Positions 16,813-26,286 of a DNA stretch of 64,000 bases are shown in pieces. The DNA lies in contig CAVXNM010000026.1 in the NCBI GenBank assembly GCA_963763115.1, positions 7,055-71,054 on the forward strand. Reading direction: 5' to 3'. This DNA is from an uncultured Gammaproteobacteria bacterium (lineage in GTDB: Bacteria; Pseudomonadota; Gammaproteobacteria; UBA9214). The position numbers were made by a program, and so were the translations under genes. The notes under the pieces are model-generated. The model saw only the letters and a list, made by a program, of their open reading frames with translations. It had not been told where the DNA came from and did not search any database. Position 1 is the first letter of the stretch. Every line of letters begins with the position of its first letter.

Positions 16813-17883
16813 ATGAACCTTTCCCGCAGCGGACCGGAATTTCCCGAGTGCACGGGGCTATGGCAGACGCCGGAATGGTTCCCGATGAACCTCTTGCCCC
16901 GAGAAAACAAAATGGTACTCGTGCCCGTATCGGAACTGCTCTACCGGGAGGTCAATTTCCTGGACGACAGGGAATTACCGGTGGACGGTCTCATCGAGCT
17001 GCCACTGGACCGGGTAATCCGAATGTCGGCACGAATCCGCGCGCCACACACACCGGTACACTGCATCTATCACATTGCGTTCTGTGGATCGACGCTCATC
17101 GCGCGCTGCCTTGATCAGCTTACGGGAACGCTGGTTCTCAAGGAGCCGCTGTCCTTTCACGAGATGGCCTGCCAGAAGCGCCTTGCAGCTTCTTCTGCAC
17201 AGGAATGTGCGCTATGGCGCAGGTCATTCGACCTGCTCATGACGCTGCTGGGTCGTACTTTCCGTACCGACCAGGCCGTGATCGTCAAGCCGACGGATGC
17301 TTCAACCAACCTGATCGGAGACGTGCTGGCGCGTAACGAGGAGTCACGGGCCATTTTCCTTTATGTCGGACTCGAAGAGTTCCTCATCGCGATGCTGCCT
17401 GATGAAACCAGGATGGGGTTCGTGATAGACCGGCTTGCGGAGCTGGGTGTACATTTCCCCGGCAAGCCGCTGTTCAGCGAGCAGGGTTGGCGCAAGCTGA
17501 CGTCGCCGGAGCAGGCTGCATGTCTGTGGTTTCTGCACATGTCGCTGTATGCCAGCATCATGGCAATGAACCCCGAAGCCGGGTGTCGGGCCCTCGACCT
17601 CAACCGGTTTCTTCAGGAGCCTGAACATACCCTCGTCTCGTTGGCCAGGTTCTTTGAGATCCCCGTAACGTTGCAACAGGCCAGGCATGCCATCACTGCA
17701 AGCCTGGGTCTGCATTCCAAGGATCAGAAGCTTGCCTACTCGGCCCGACAACGAGCCAGCAGCCAACGCGAGATTGCGCGCAGATATCGCAGCGAGATCC
17801 GCCTGGGTCAGCGCTGGGCCGCACGCCGGCTCGAGCAGGAGGGCCTGCCGGAGACCCCGCCACTGCCACTGGGAGTCATTTGA
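16813..17883 (+). CDS. hypothetical protein, possibly sulfotransferase-like
   Basis: 356 aa from ATG 16813, divergent from the P450 across 185 bp. HIAFCGSTLIARCLDQLTG resembles the PAPS 5'-phosphosulfate loop (xxSGSTLL) of Stf0-type sulfotransferases. The functional call is weak. Confidence 0.5.
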   Translation: MNLSRSGPEFPECTGLWQTPEWFPMNLLPRENKMVLVPVSELLYREVNFLDDRELPVDGLIELPLDRVIRMSARIRAPHTPVHCIYHIAFCGSTLIARCLDQLTGTLVLKEPLSFHEMACQKRLAASSAQECALWRRSFDLLMTLLGRTFRTDQAVIVKPTDASTNLIGDVLARNEESRAIFLYVGLEEFLIAMLPDETRMGFVIDRLAELGVHFPGKPLFSEQGWRKLTSPEQAACLWFLHMSLYASIMAMNPEAGCRALDLNRFLQEPEHTLVSLARFFEIPVTLQQARHAITASLGLHSKDQKLAYSARQRASSQREIARRYRSEIRLGQRWAARRLEQEGLPETPPLPLGVI

Positions 17884-18256
17884 CAAGCATCTGGTTTCAC
17901 GCTAAATAACTGCAGAATTATCAGTATGTTGGCTAATTAATCGAGGCGGTGCGCTGTTTTCGTGTAGTCCTGACTCTGCCGGGTGGGCTACCGGGGCCGT
18001 ACGTCGGCATTGACTATGTCTGGAAGCATTCCGTTAACCGTACGCACCGTGCATCGATACGCGGTTGATCTCGTCCTGGCGGCTGTGATAAATAACTATT
18101 GCATGGCGTGATAATACGGCTAGCTTCTTATCGGGATACCGGATTATTACTACAAGGCAAGTATCGGGGGGCTCGTACACGTCCGGTAACATGCTTCCGC
18201 CATGTACGGCAGTGTTACGCAGGTTTGTTACACAGATCAAAGAGGAGATTTGAAAA

Positions 18257-18481
18257 ATGCAAACAGCACATGATCTGGTACGTTTAAAGGTTGATGCATT
18301 GCGTTCGGCGATGGCTGCAAGGGAAGTCAACCAGGGGCAGGCAATCAAGGCGCTGGCTGATATCGCCGCATGCGAATCACCTGTGGATCGTTCAATCAGT
18401 AATCCTGACATGCATCGCGGTGACGCGTTGCATATGTGCCCATGGCATACCTGTCAAGCAACTCGTCACATCAATTCCTGA
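18257..18481 (+). CDS. candidate lanthipeptide precursor peptide (LanA)
   Basis: 74 aa. GAGGAG Shine-Dalgarno 8-9 nt before the ATG. Lies directly upstream of the synthetase. The C-terminal part AACESPVDRSISNPDMHRGDALHMCPWHTCQATRHINS has 3 Cys and 6 Ser/Thr. Confidence 0.6.
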   Translation: MQTAHDLVRLKVDALRSAMAAREVNQGQAIKALADIAACESPVDRSISNPDMHRGDALHMCPWHTCQATRHINS

Positions 18482-18522
18482 TAGTTCCCATACCCGCGAA
18501 TTGTGTGTAACGGCGTTTTGAA

Positions 18523-18550
18523 CGCGGCAGAGGCTTACTCTGCCGCGTTT
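18523..18550 (+). promoter_or_regulatory. intercistronic attenuator/terminator hairpin between precursor and synthetase
   Basis: CGCGGCAGAG-gctta-CTCTGCCGCG: a perfect 10-bp stem with a 5-nt loop, followed by TTT. Confidence 0.6.
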
Positions 18551-18556
18551 ACATGT

Positions 18557-21115
18557 ATGTGTGCACGGCTTGCGGACGACTGGGAAATTACTGACTGGTC
18601 AGATGGCTCCCTGCAATGGCGTTTCTTCCGGTGCTGCGGCGAGGACTTGCCGGCGCAGGGCTGGAAAATCCACGTCACGGCCAGTGCTACCGAAGCTCCC
18701 GAACTGCTCACTGCACTCACCACACTGCTGGGCGAGCTGGTATTTTCATTCAAGATTCCGCGAAGGATTGAAGACATCGTCTTCCTGAATTCCGGGGATG
18801 CAGGGCTGCAGCAGCTCGGCAAGATCGTCACGATCTATCCCGGGAATGACGAACATGCGCGCGAGATCATCATGCGCATTGACCGGCTCTGGCCTTCAAG
18901 CCGGGGTCCGGAGGTGCAGTCTGATCTGCATGCCAGGCCCGGTTCAGCGGTGTCGCTCCGCTACGGTGTGTTCGGATCCGGGGCCACGACGGTCAGCAGC
19001 ACGGGTGTGCACGATTTTGCCTTGGTTTTTCCGGATGGATCACGCGCGCCGGACAAGCGCCTGCCAGATGGTGAGCAGCACAGGCAGGCACCGGCACCGC
19101 CGGTGGAATGCTGTCTGCCGAGTCCATTTCCGGTCCGACTGAACGAGACATTCCGGGCAGGCAACAGCAGCTACATCGCGCTCGCCCTGCTCGGCGACAG
19201 CCCGCGTATGCGCATCTTCCTTGGCGCGGATCTCGAGAGTTTGCAAACAGTGGTGCTGAAAATCGGGCGCCCGGGCGTGGCAGGTGACCAGGCGGGCGTG
19301 GATATCGGTGTGCTGATGAGGAAGGAATACCATATTCTGGCTGCTCTTGCCGGCCAGGATGGCCTGGTGCCCCGCGTGCTCGAATGGGTGGGCGGGGACT
19401 GGCCGATACTAGTCATGGAGGATTTTCGTGGCGAACTGTTGTCAGAGTCGCCCCGTTCCGTGCGTATCAAGTGCATGCCGATGCTTGCGGATGCCGTCAG
19501 TCGCGTGCATGCCGCAGGAATCGTGCACGGTGACATCAAGCTCGAAAACGCCGTGCGCAGGGGTTCGCAGGTGGGCCTTATTGATTTCGAGCTGGCGGAT
19601 CCGGAAGGCGCGGTCGCGCGCAAGGGCGGCACCCGGGGCCACATGGGGCCAGAGACGGATACCGGGGCGCATGCCGCACCATCGCGCGACGTGTTCGCGC
19701 TGGGTGGTTGCATGGTGCAGGCGCTACTCGACATTCCACCGGGCCTGTTACCGGCGGGTACGGGTCGCTACCGCGCGCTGTTCCACAATGAAGATTGCAC
19801 GGCTGCAGCGAGCCTGGTGGCGGCATTCACTCACCCTGATCCCGGGTCGCGTCCGGATGCCGCAATGGCCGCGACCATGCTCGCCGCGAGCGTCGACACG
19901 CTGGTAAATATCGCGCCGGCCCGTGGACAACCGGCCAGCTGCAGGGAACACAACTGGTGCCGACGCGCCGCCATGGACGCTGCGCAGTTGGCAGGTACCT
20001 ATGCCAGGTCCGGTCCGGATGGCATGCGCTGGCGCAATGCGCATTTCATGAAATCGTTTAATTGCGAGTCGATCAATATCGGCGCGGCGGGGATCATGCT
20101 CGGGCTGCAGACAATCGATTGTGCGCTGGGTCGGAACGATTTCGGCAGCCAGCTCGATCAGGGTGCACGCTGGTTGTCGGGCCGTCCCGCGGAGGCCAAC
20201 TCGGCCGGCCTCTTCACGGGCAATGCCGGTGTTGCCTTGGCGCTGGCGGTAGCAGGTTGCCGGCTAAAGAAGCAGGCCTACCTCGATGCTGCAAAACAAC
20301 GCTTTGCAGCGGCGGTGGCCGACCGGCGCGAGATCGACCTGTTCTCCGGCTGCGCCGGTGTTGTCTGGGCTGCCTGCCTTCTGAATGAAATCCTCCAGCA
20401 GCCCTGGCCCATGGAAATGGCCACGCCAGCGTACCGCCATTTGTACGCCCAGGCTGGTGCGATAGATGGCATACCGGTGTGGGGCGCCGGGGACAATCCG
20501 GAAGCGGCCTACCTGGGTTGCGCGCACGGTTCGGCGGGCGTTGCGATGGCGCTGGCGTGCTGGGGACGGCTGGCGGCCGACCCTGACTGTATCGATGTGG
20601 CCAGGAATGCCTTCAGACGGATCGCCGCCGATGGCCGCACGCAGGACGGCAAGGCCCTCAAGATCACTTTGCGCGAACATCGGCATCACGCAGTCGGGAA
20701 CTGGTGTCATGGCGTGGCCGGCTATCTCTGGTCGATACTCCAGGGCATCGGAGACGATCCCGCGCTGCGGGACGAAATCGACTGGGCGGCAGGATGTCTG
20801 ATGGATGTGATGGCCGTGGGCACGCCCACCTATTGTCACGGGCTGGCCGGTCAGCTGGAACTGTGGCGCATGCTGGGCAGCATTCCCCGTTACCGGTCAG
20901 TGGCGGACGCACGGGCCGGGAAGGTCGCGCGCGCATTGAGAATTGTGCATCATAAAGTCGATGGTCGATGTGCATGGATTGCTGATGATCCGGATATTAC
21001 CACGCCCGACTTGTGGGTCGGTTTTCTGGGGCCGGCGACGGCACTGGCAATGCATGCTGCGGGAATCCGTTCGGCACTACTCTCGGGCGAGTGGTTGTCC
21101 ACATGTGCGGACTAG
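18557..21115 (+). CDS. lanL: class IV lanthipeptide synthetase (LanL-type: lyase + Ser/Thr kinase + Zn-ligand-containing LanC-like cyclase)
   Basis: QGWKIHVTAS (class III/IV lyase-domain motif). Kinase HGDIKLENAV and IDFELA. Cyclase repeats GAAGIMLGL and GNAGVALAL, with CAHGSAGVA, NWCHGVAGYLW and YCHGLAGQLE. The ORF-track GTG 18503 lies upstream of the hairpin, so ATG 18557 is preferred. Confidence 0.85.
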   Translation: MCARLADDWEITDWSDGSLQWRFFRCCGEDLPAQGWKIHVTASATEAPELLTALTTLLGELVFSFKIPRRIEDIVFLNSGDAGLQQLGKIVTIYPGNDEHAREIIMRIDRLWPSSRGPEVQSDLHARPGSAVSLRYGVFGSGATTVSSTGVHDFALVFPDGSRAPDKRLPDGEQHRQAPAPPVECCLPSPFPVRLNETFRAGNSSYIALALLGDSPRMRIFLGADLESLQTVVLKIGRPGVAGDQAGVDIGVLMRKEYHILAALAGQDGLVPRVLEWVGGDWPILVMEDFRGELLSESPRSVRIKCMPMLADAVSRVHAAGIVHGDIKLENAVRRGSQVGLIDFELADPEGAVARKGGTRGHMGPETDTGAHAAPSRDVFALGGCMVQALLDIPPGLLPAGTGRYRALFHNEDCTAAASLVAAFTHPDPGSRPDAAMAATMLAASVDTLVNIAPARGQPASCREHNWCRRAAMDAAQLAGTYARSGPDGMRWRNAHFMKSFNCESINIGAAGIMLGLQTIDCALGRNDFGSQLDQGARWLSGRPAEANSAGLFTGNAGVALALAVAGCRLKKQAYLDAAKQRFAAAVADRREIDLFSGCAGVVWAACLLNEILQQPWPMEMATPAYRHLYAQAGAIDGIPVWGAGDNPEAAYLGCAHGSAGVAMALACWGRLAADPDCIDVARNAFRRIAADGRTQDGKALKITLREHRHHAVGNWCHGVAGYLWSILQGIGDDPALRDEIDWAAGCLMDVMAVGTPTYCHGLAGQLELWRMLGSIPRYRSVADARAGKVARALRIVHHKVDGRCAWIADDPDITTPDLWVGFLGPATALAMHAAGIRSALLSGEWLSTCAD

Positions 21116-21196
21116 GGTTACGGCTATCCATCTGCAACAATGACGGGTCGGGCAACGGGCAGTCAGCGCTGGCATAACGAGGCAACCAGCTGAAGG

Positions 21197-22099
21197 ATGC
21201 GAGACCATGCAGTGGTGGCCGGTGTGGAACAGTTGACACTCAAGTTTCGTGAGCTGGGCGTGGTTTGCGCGCGCGGCGCGTTGGATCGCAAGGCACAGGA
21301 GCTAGCCAGTCATGCCTATGGTTGGACGCTCGAGCATCCTGGCCCCGGCGCAAGGGATGTGCTGGCCGGGATGGCGGGCGCGTTCTTCCAGGATCATGCC
21401 AACCCGCAGGCCTTCCCGATCTACCGGCCCCTGCTGTGCGATACTGGACTTGGGGAGCTTGTCGCCGCGATCATGGGCAGCGCAAATCTCTGGTTCCTGT
21501 ACGAACAGATCTGGTTAAAGGAGGGTGGCGAGACCTTGCCAACACCATGGCACCAGGATCTGCCCTACATGCCCATGACAGGGGACCATTTGGCCACGAT
21601 ATGGATCAACCTGGATCCGGTGCCCAGCGAGCGTGCGCTGGAGTTCGTAGTCGGCTCACACTTGGGCCCGTTGTACAATCCCACGTCGTTCAATCCACGG
21701 GATCCACGCGACACGATGTTTTCCGACAACGCATGGCCACCCTTGCCGGATATCGAGGCCACACGTAATGCCTGGCCGATCCGGTCCTGGGATACCTGTC
21801 CTGCCGATGTGCTGGTCTTTCACCCGGCTATTCTGCACGGGGGCGCGCCGACGCGTGCCGGCACCAGGCGCAGATCGATTTCGTTGCGCGTATTTGGGGA
21901 CGAGGCATACTGTGCCGAGCGTCCGGAGGAAGGGCTTGCACGGATCGACCGGCTTAAATGTGACAGCAGGATGCGCGATCCAATCGAAGAGATGGCCCAC
22001 AGGGAGCCGGGCACGCTGTTTCGTCACCCGGGTTTTCCACAGCTTGTCCTGGGCAAGGCCGGCGCAACGGCCATGTCACAGCGGCAGCCCGGAGAGTGA
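21197..22099 (+). CDS. phytanoyl-CoA dioxygenase (PhyH) family Fe(II)/2-oxoglutarate oxygenase
   Basis: 300 aa. WHQDLPY (HxD), VLVFHPAILHGG (distal His) and RRSISLRVFG. Confidence 0.75.
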   Translation: MRDHAVVAGVEQLTLKFRELGVVCARGALDRKAQELASHAYGWTLEHPGPGARDVLAGMAGAFFQDHANPQAFPIYRPLLCDTGLGELVAAIMGSANLWFLYEQIWLKEGGETLPTPWHQDLPYMPMTGDHLATIWINLDPVPSERALEFVVGSHLGPLYNPTSFNPRDPRDTMFSDNAWPPLPDIEATRNAWPIRSWDTCPADVLVFHPAILHGGAPTRAGTRRRSISLRVFGDEAYCAERPEEGLARIDRLKCDSRMRDPIEEMAHREPGTLFRHPGFPQLVLGKAGATAMSQRQPGE

Positions 22100-22117
22100 G
22101 GTCGCGTCAGTCAATCC

Positions 22118-23008
22118 ATGGCATTGCGTACAATCAGACTGGCACCTGTGCTGGGTGCGGAGATTTCCGGTATCGATCTTGCTGAAGAACTCGACAGCGG
22201 GACTGTCGTGGCCATCAAAGCGGCCCTCGCTGAGCATGGTGTGCTGGTGTTTCCGGGTCAGTGCCTCGATGACGTCGCCCATATCCGGTTTGCGCGCCAT
22301 TTCGGGACGCTTGGTGTATTTCGCAACGGCAACAGTCGGGATGGCTTGTTGCCAGAGATCTTTCGCCTGTCGAACACCGATTCGGCCGGCAGCTTGCTGC
22401 CGGCGGGTAGTGAACGGCTTGAGCTGCTCAGGCTCAATATGTCCTGGCACATTGACAGCAGTTATCGCGCAATACCGACCCAGGGGGCTATCCTGCACGG
22501 GATTGAGGTTTGCGTTGACGGCGGCGACACGGTATTCGCAAACATGGTGGCAGCCTACCAGGCCATGCCGGCTGCAATGAAGTTGCGTATCGACAATCTC
22601 GTATCAATTCACAATTTCGAGTTTCAGGTCAGGAACCGGGGGTTACCGCCAATGAGCGAGGAAGAACTCGACCGGTTACCCCCTGTGGTACACCCGCTGG
22701 TGCGCGAACATGCGGACCGCCGGTGCTCGCTTTACCTCAGCCCGCCCTACATGGAGACGATTCTCGGGTGGAGCCGGGAAAGCAGTAAGGCGCTCGTCCT
22801 GGAACTCACGGAGTGGGCCACGCAGGACAGGTTCATATACCGGCACCGCTGGCGACCACACGATCTGCTCATGTGGGATAACGGCTGGACGATGCACAGG
22901 GTGACTCCATTCAATCTCACGCAGCACAAGCGCCTGTTGCATGGTGTCCTGATCATGGGCGACGAGGCAGTGCTACCGGTAGTCGCTGGAAATGACGGGC
23001 AGGCATGA
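22118..23008 (+). CDS. TauD/TfdA family Fe(II)/2-oxoglutarate dioxygenase
   Basis: 296 aa. WHIDSSY (HxD), GGDTVFANMVAAYQAMP, HPLVREH and DLLMWDNGWTMHRV. Confidence 0.8.
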   Translation: MALRTIRLAPVLGAEISGIDLAEELDSGTVVAIKAALAEHGVLVFPGQCLDDVAHIRFARHFGTLGVFRNGNSRDGLLPEIFRLSNTDSAGSLLPAGSERLELLRLNMSWHIDSSYRAIPTQGAILHGIEVCVDGGDTVFANMVAAYQAMPAAMKLRIDNLVSIHNFEFQVRNRGLPPMSEEELDRLPPVVHPLVREHADRRCSLYLSPPYMETILGWSRESSKALVLELTEWATQDRFIYRHRWRPHDLLMWDNGWTMHRVTPFNLTQHKRLLHGVLIMGDEAVLPVVAGNDGQA

Positions 23009-24744
23009 GGCGCCGTCCGTGGACACGCCACAAGGCAGCTCCGAAATTGGCGCGAAACGCGACACTCTACAGCTACCGCGCAACGGCAGAAAGCTTTGGG
23101 CAGCTGGCCGGGCTGTACCTTGGCAGTGTCAATGTGGAAGATGACTTTGTCGGACCCGAACTGTCAGAGATCCTGACGTTGATAGCGCGGCAGGAAGAAC
23201 TGCGGTTCTTTGTCGATGGCACGCGCAATCTCGGTCACCAAGCCTCCACAATATCCCTGATGAAACGCCTGATTGACCGTGTCGGGTACGCGGGAAAAAT
23301 CCGGGTGGTTTACGCTGACTACGACAACAAGTTGCTCGGCAGGACAGGAGAGAAACTGGCGTTGATGCTGCCCGGCCTGGATCCGTCACGCATGGACGAT
23401 TGCGTATTGGATTACGGATCCTGCAAGCATATCAGCTTTGTCGGTTATCAAGACAGGAGCGTCCTGCAACAGGAGATCGACTTTGCCTTTACCGGCGGTG
23501 CGGATGACATGTCGGTTAATTACGCCAGGGAGCTGAAGGTCAGGTACTTCACGCGTATCCAGCCCTACCTGTGGGATGATGAGGCATCGCGCAAGAAGGA
23601 CCCCTATTACGAAAGTTCGAGCGTGGAGCGGCCGGATGGATACTGTTTTTATCCGGCAGATGCCTGCTCCGGCTTCCGCCTGCTTACCTACAAATACCCG
23701 GCGGGCCGCCATGACGTCGTGCACGAGGATGTCTGGAAGTGGTATGGCGAGACCGAGCAATATGATAACGGGTTGAAGACCAGGACAAGAAATATCAGGA
23801 AGCTATGGGAGTTGAGCGCGTCATCCGGTCACACACTGCTCTGGCCTGTCTACGGACTGCAGCATTTCCACGCGCATGTTTCACACGTGGTCCTGAATAT
23901 CGTGTTCAGCGCGATGCTGGCGCAGCCCGCGCTCGGCAAGAACATCGTTGTCCTGTCGCTCAGTCCCCCTGAACGGATCACCGGCTGGGAGAGTTTCGTC
24001 GGGCCACTGGCGGATGATCTCGGCCGGAGCGATGCCGGATTCCCGTCATTCCGTGAAGCGCTTGCGAAATGTCCCCGGGATGGGACGTTCCACGAGCGCA
24101 TGCCGACCGTTCTGAGTGTGGATAGCATGATTGGGGCAATTCCCAGGGGCGTGCACAGGTGGATCGGGTCGGGCGGGCACTTGAGAGTGCTATCCGGTCA
24201 TGATGAAAGCGGGAGCACCAGCCTGGATATCACGGATCAGCTTGATGCTGCGGTGAGGCGTGCAAGGTCGCATGATATCGTATTCGTTTCCATGGGTACG
24301 GTGCCCATGGATGTGTTCAATGCCGTGTACGCCGCTCCGGGTATACCGGGCATCATAGAGGGCCAGACCATGTCGAGCCTGGCAATCAGTCACGGCAAGC
24401 CGTTCCTGCAAATACCCCGGCCGGACCATGTCATCCGGAACAGCTACCCGTCCTCTCTCCCGGGGGCAGATTTTTCACGCATCTCCGCGGAGATGAACGA
24501 CATCGCAACGCAGCTCGGAACGACGAGCCTGGCGGACTGCCTCGATGCCCGCGGTGCTGCGCCTGCTTCCGGCTGTTTCGCAGGCACTGAAAGGGTATCC
24601 CGGTTTATCCTGGATGCGGCAGATGGTAACCGGGCAATCAGTGCTTACTTCGGATCGGTGGCGGAATACTGTCAAAAGGATATTCACGACAAGCTCATGA
24701 TCGGTCTGCTGGCGTTGCGGGAAGTCATGCGGGCGTCGGTGTGA
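23005..24744 (+). CDS. uncharacterised 579-aa protein, translationally coupled to the TauD-like gene
   Basis: ATGA start/stop overlap with the upstream gene. No motif I can name with certainty. The C-terminal IVFVSMGTVP...GIPGIIEGQTMSSLAISHGKPFLQIP is faintly reminiscent of GT-B glycosyltransferase C-domains. Confidence 0.6.
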   Translation: MRRRPWTRHKAAPKLARNATLYSYRATAESFGQLAGLYLGSVNVEDDFVGPELSEILTLIARQEELRFFVDGTRNLGHQASTISLMKRLIDRVGYAGKIRVVYADYDNKLLGRTGEKLALMLPGLDPSRMDDCVLDYGSCKHISFVGYQDRSVLQQEIDFAFTGGADDMSVNYARELKVRYFTRIQPYLWDDEASRKKDPYYESSSVERPDGYCFYPADACSGFRLLTYKYPAGRHDVVHEDVWKWYGETEQYDNGLKTRTRNIRKLWELSASSGHTLLWPVYGLQHFHAHVSHVVLNIVFSAMLAQPALGKNIVVLSLSPPERITGWESFVGPLADDLGRSDAGFPSFREALAKCPRDGTFHERMPTVLSVDSMIGAIPRGVHRWIGSGGHLRVLSGHDESGSTSLDITDQLDAAVRRARSHDIVFVSMGTVPMDVFNAVYAAPGIPGIIEGQTMSSLAISHGKPFLQIPRPDHVIRNSYPSSLPGADFSRISAEMNDIATQLGTTSLADCLDARGAAPASGCFAGTERVSRFILDAADGNRAISAYFGSVAEYCQKDIHDKLMIGLLALREVMRASV

Positions 24745-24841
24745 TCACGCTACGTGCTGTGGATTTCAGGTGAAATTGCTGATTTGCCATACACACGGTC
24801 GTGGTCTGATTGTCCTCAACTGCCTAAAGCCAGTATGAATC

Positions 24842-25069
24842 ATGCGCGAGTTCGATGCGCTGTGCCTGCCGCCGGTGAAGACCTACACGCCTACGCAGAT
24901 CAAGCGTCTGCGCACACGCTATAAGGCCAGCCAGGCCGTGTTTGCGGCCTATCTGAACACCAGCCCCTCGACTGTGCAGAAGTGGGAGCAGTGTCAGAAG
25001 AAACGAAATGGGCCTTCCCTGAGGTTGTTGAAACTGGTGGATGCGCACGGGCTGGAAGCGCTTGCCTGA
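24842..25069 (+). CDS. XRE-family HTH protein, COG2944/YiaG-type antitoxin-like; no partner toxin gene
   Basis: 75 aa. TPTQIKRLRTRYKASQAVFAAYLNTSPSTVQKWEQ...PSLRLLKLV matches the pattern of these antitoxin-type regulators. Confidence 0.6.
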   Translation: MREFDALCLPPVKTYTPTQIKRLRTRYKASQAVFAAYLNTSPSTVQKWEQCQKKRNGPSLRLLKLVDAHGLEALA

Positions 25070-25220
25070 GCAGTTGGAAGAAGGCGTTAATCCGCAAGTA
25101 ATCGCTTCGGGACTTTTACGGGATACGGATGTGCACGGTTATGCACTGTTGTGCAGTCGAGGCAACGGATGCCCCATTTAATCGCATTTAAAAACAACAA
25201 GATACAAGCCAACAATGCCA

Positions 25221-25265
25221 CTCATAATGCTGGGGTCGGTGGTTCAAGTCCACCCGTAGCCACCA
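25221..25265 (+). repeat. tRNA-Met 3'-half module, copy 3 (downstream part only weakly conserved)
   Basis: CTCATAATGCTGGGGTCGGTGGTTCAAGTCCACCCGTAGCCACCA, identical to the other copies from the anticodon loop to CCA. Confidence 0.85.
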
Positions 25266-26286
25266 TTAAAATAAATGCTTACAGAATTTCCCGCTCTTTG
25301 ATTTTTCTCCTGTAGTGCAAAAGTAGTGCGCAGTGCGTGAAATGGGTGCTTTCATTCGCCTGCTTTAAGTCTTTCCTACAGCACCCACCAGCGGTGTCCT
25401 ACTGCCGTGCCAGATGCGGCCGGTTAGGCTATGCCGTGCCGTAGTAATGCGTAGGTTGAGTTGGTTAGGTATTGCGGTCCTATAGCACAAATCGGCAGCT
25501 GCGGCCTTCGTGCCGCCGTTTTATTTTACAGATATAAATGCAACTACCACTGGGGCGAGTCTGGCATGGCGGGTGATGGGTGTCTGTCAGGCGGGTCTGA
25601 TAGTGCTACCAATGAAAACCTCAGGCACATGGCCGTAACCAGGTTGTCTTCTGCAAGCAATCTTTGCGGAAATACTATTCAAACGTCGTTCCGACTGGTA
25701 ACGGCGGTCAAAGAGTACTAATTGACCGTTAGACTCCTTCAAAGGGACATGTGCAGGCGTACCGCTCCTGCGATCAGTGATCTGTCGGCTGTCGTGTCCC
25801 ATGAAGTACAGAAACATTACATGCCCCCATTCGTTAGCCATTGTGCCACGAGCATTACGATAAGCCATTAACCACACGCGGTGAATTGTCCTGATGTACA
25901 ACCGTTGCTGATTCGGCAATAAATGACACACCAAGGTGGGCGGGGTCTGGTGTTGGGCGTCTGTCAGACAAGTCTGATTTCGATATCAGAATGGCTAAAG
26001 GAAAAGAATCGACCATTTCTGCCTTCGCATCCCGCGCCTGGATGCCTACGACGTTAGCCGTCTTGTTGGTTTGTATCACCCAACAACAACGCCAGTTGTG
26101 TTGGACCTCGCCCATCATTAAGCAGATATAACCCGACTGCGATACTCGGAGTAGCTAAGCGTAGAAAAGAAAGGCGCCGGAAATTCTGATAGTTAAGTAA
26201 CATGCCACGTTATTGGCACGGCGGTTGCTGTATGTGCAGCACGGTCCGCAAGGGCCAAAGGTCCAATTCATTTCAGGAGACGAACC

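Noticed and set aside
18535-21239. Numerous 60-190-aa ORFs in both directions inside the LanL gene, with similar ones inside the P450 and dioxygenase genes.
   Set aside because: All are nested in a long ORF with clear domain motifs. Their composition is Arg/Pro/Ala-rich shadow type.
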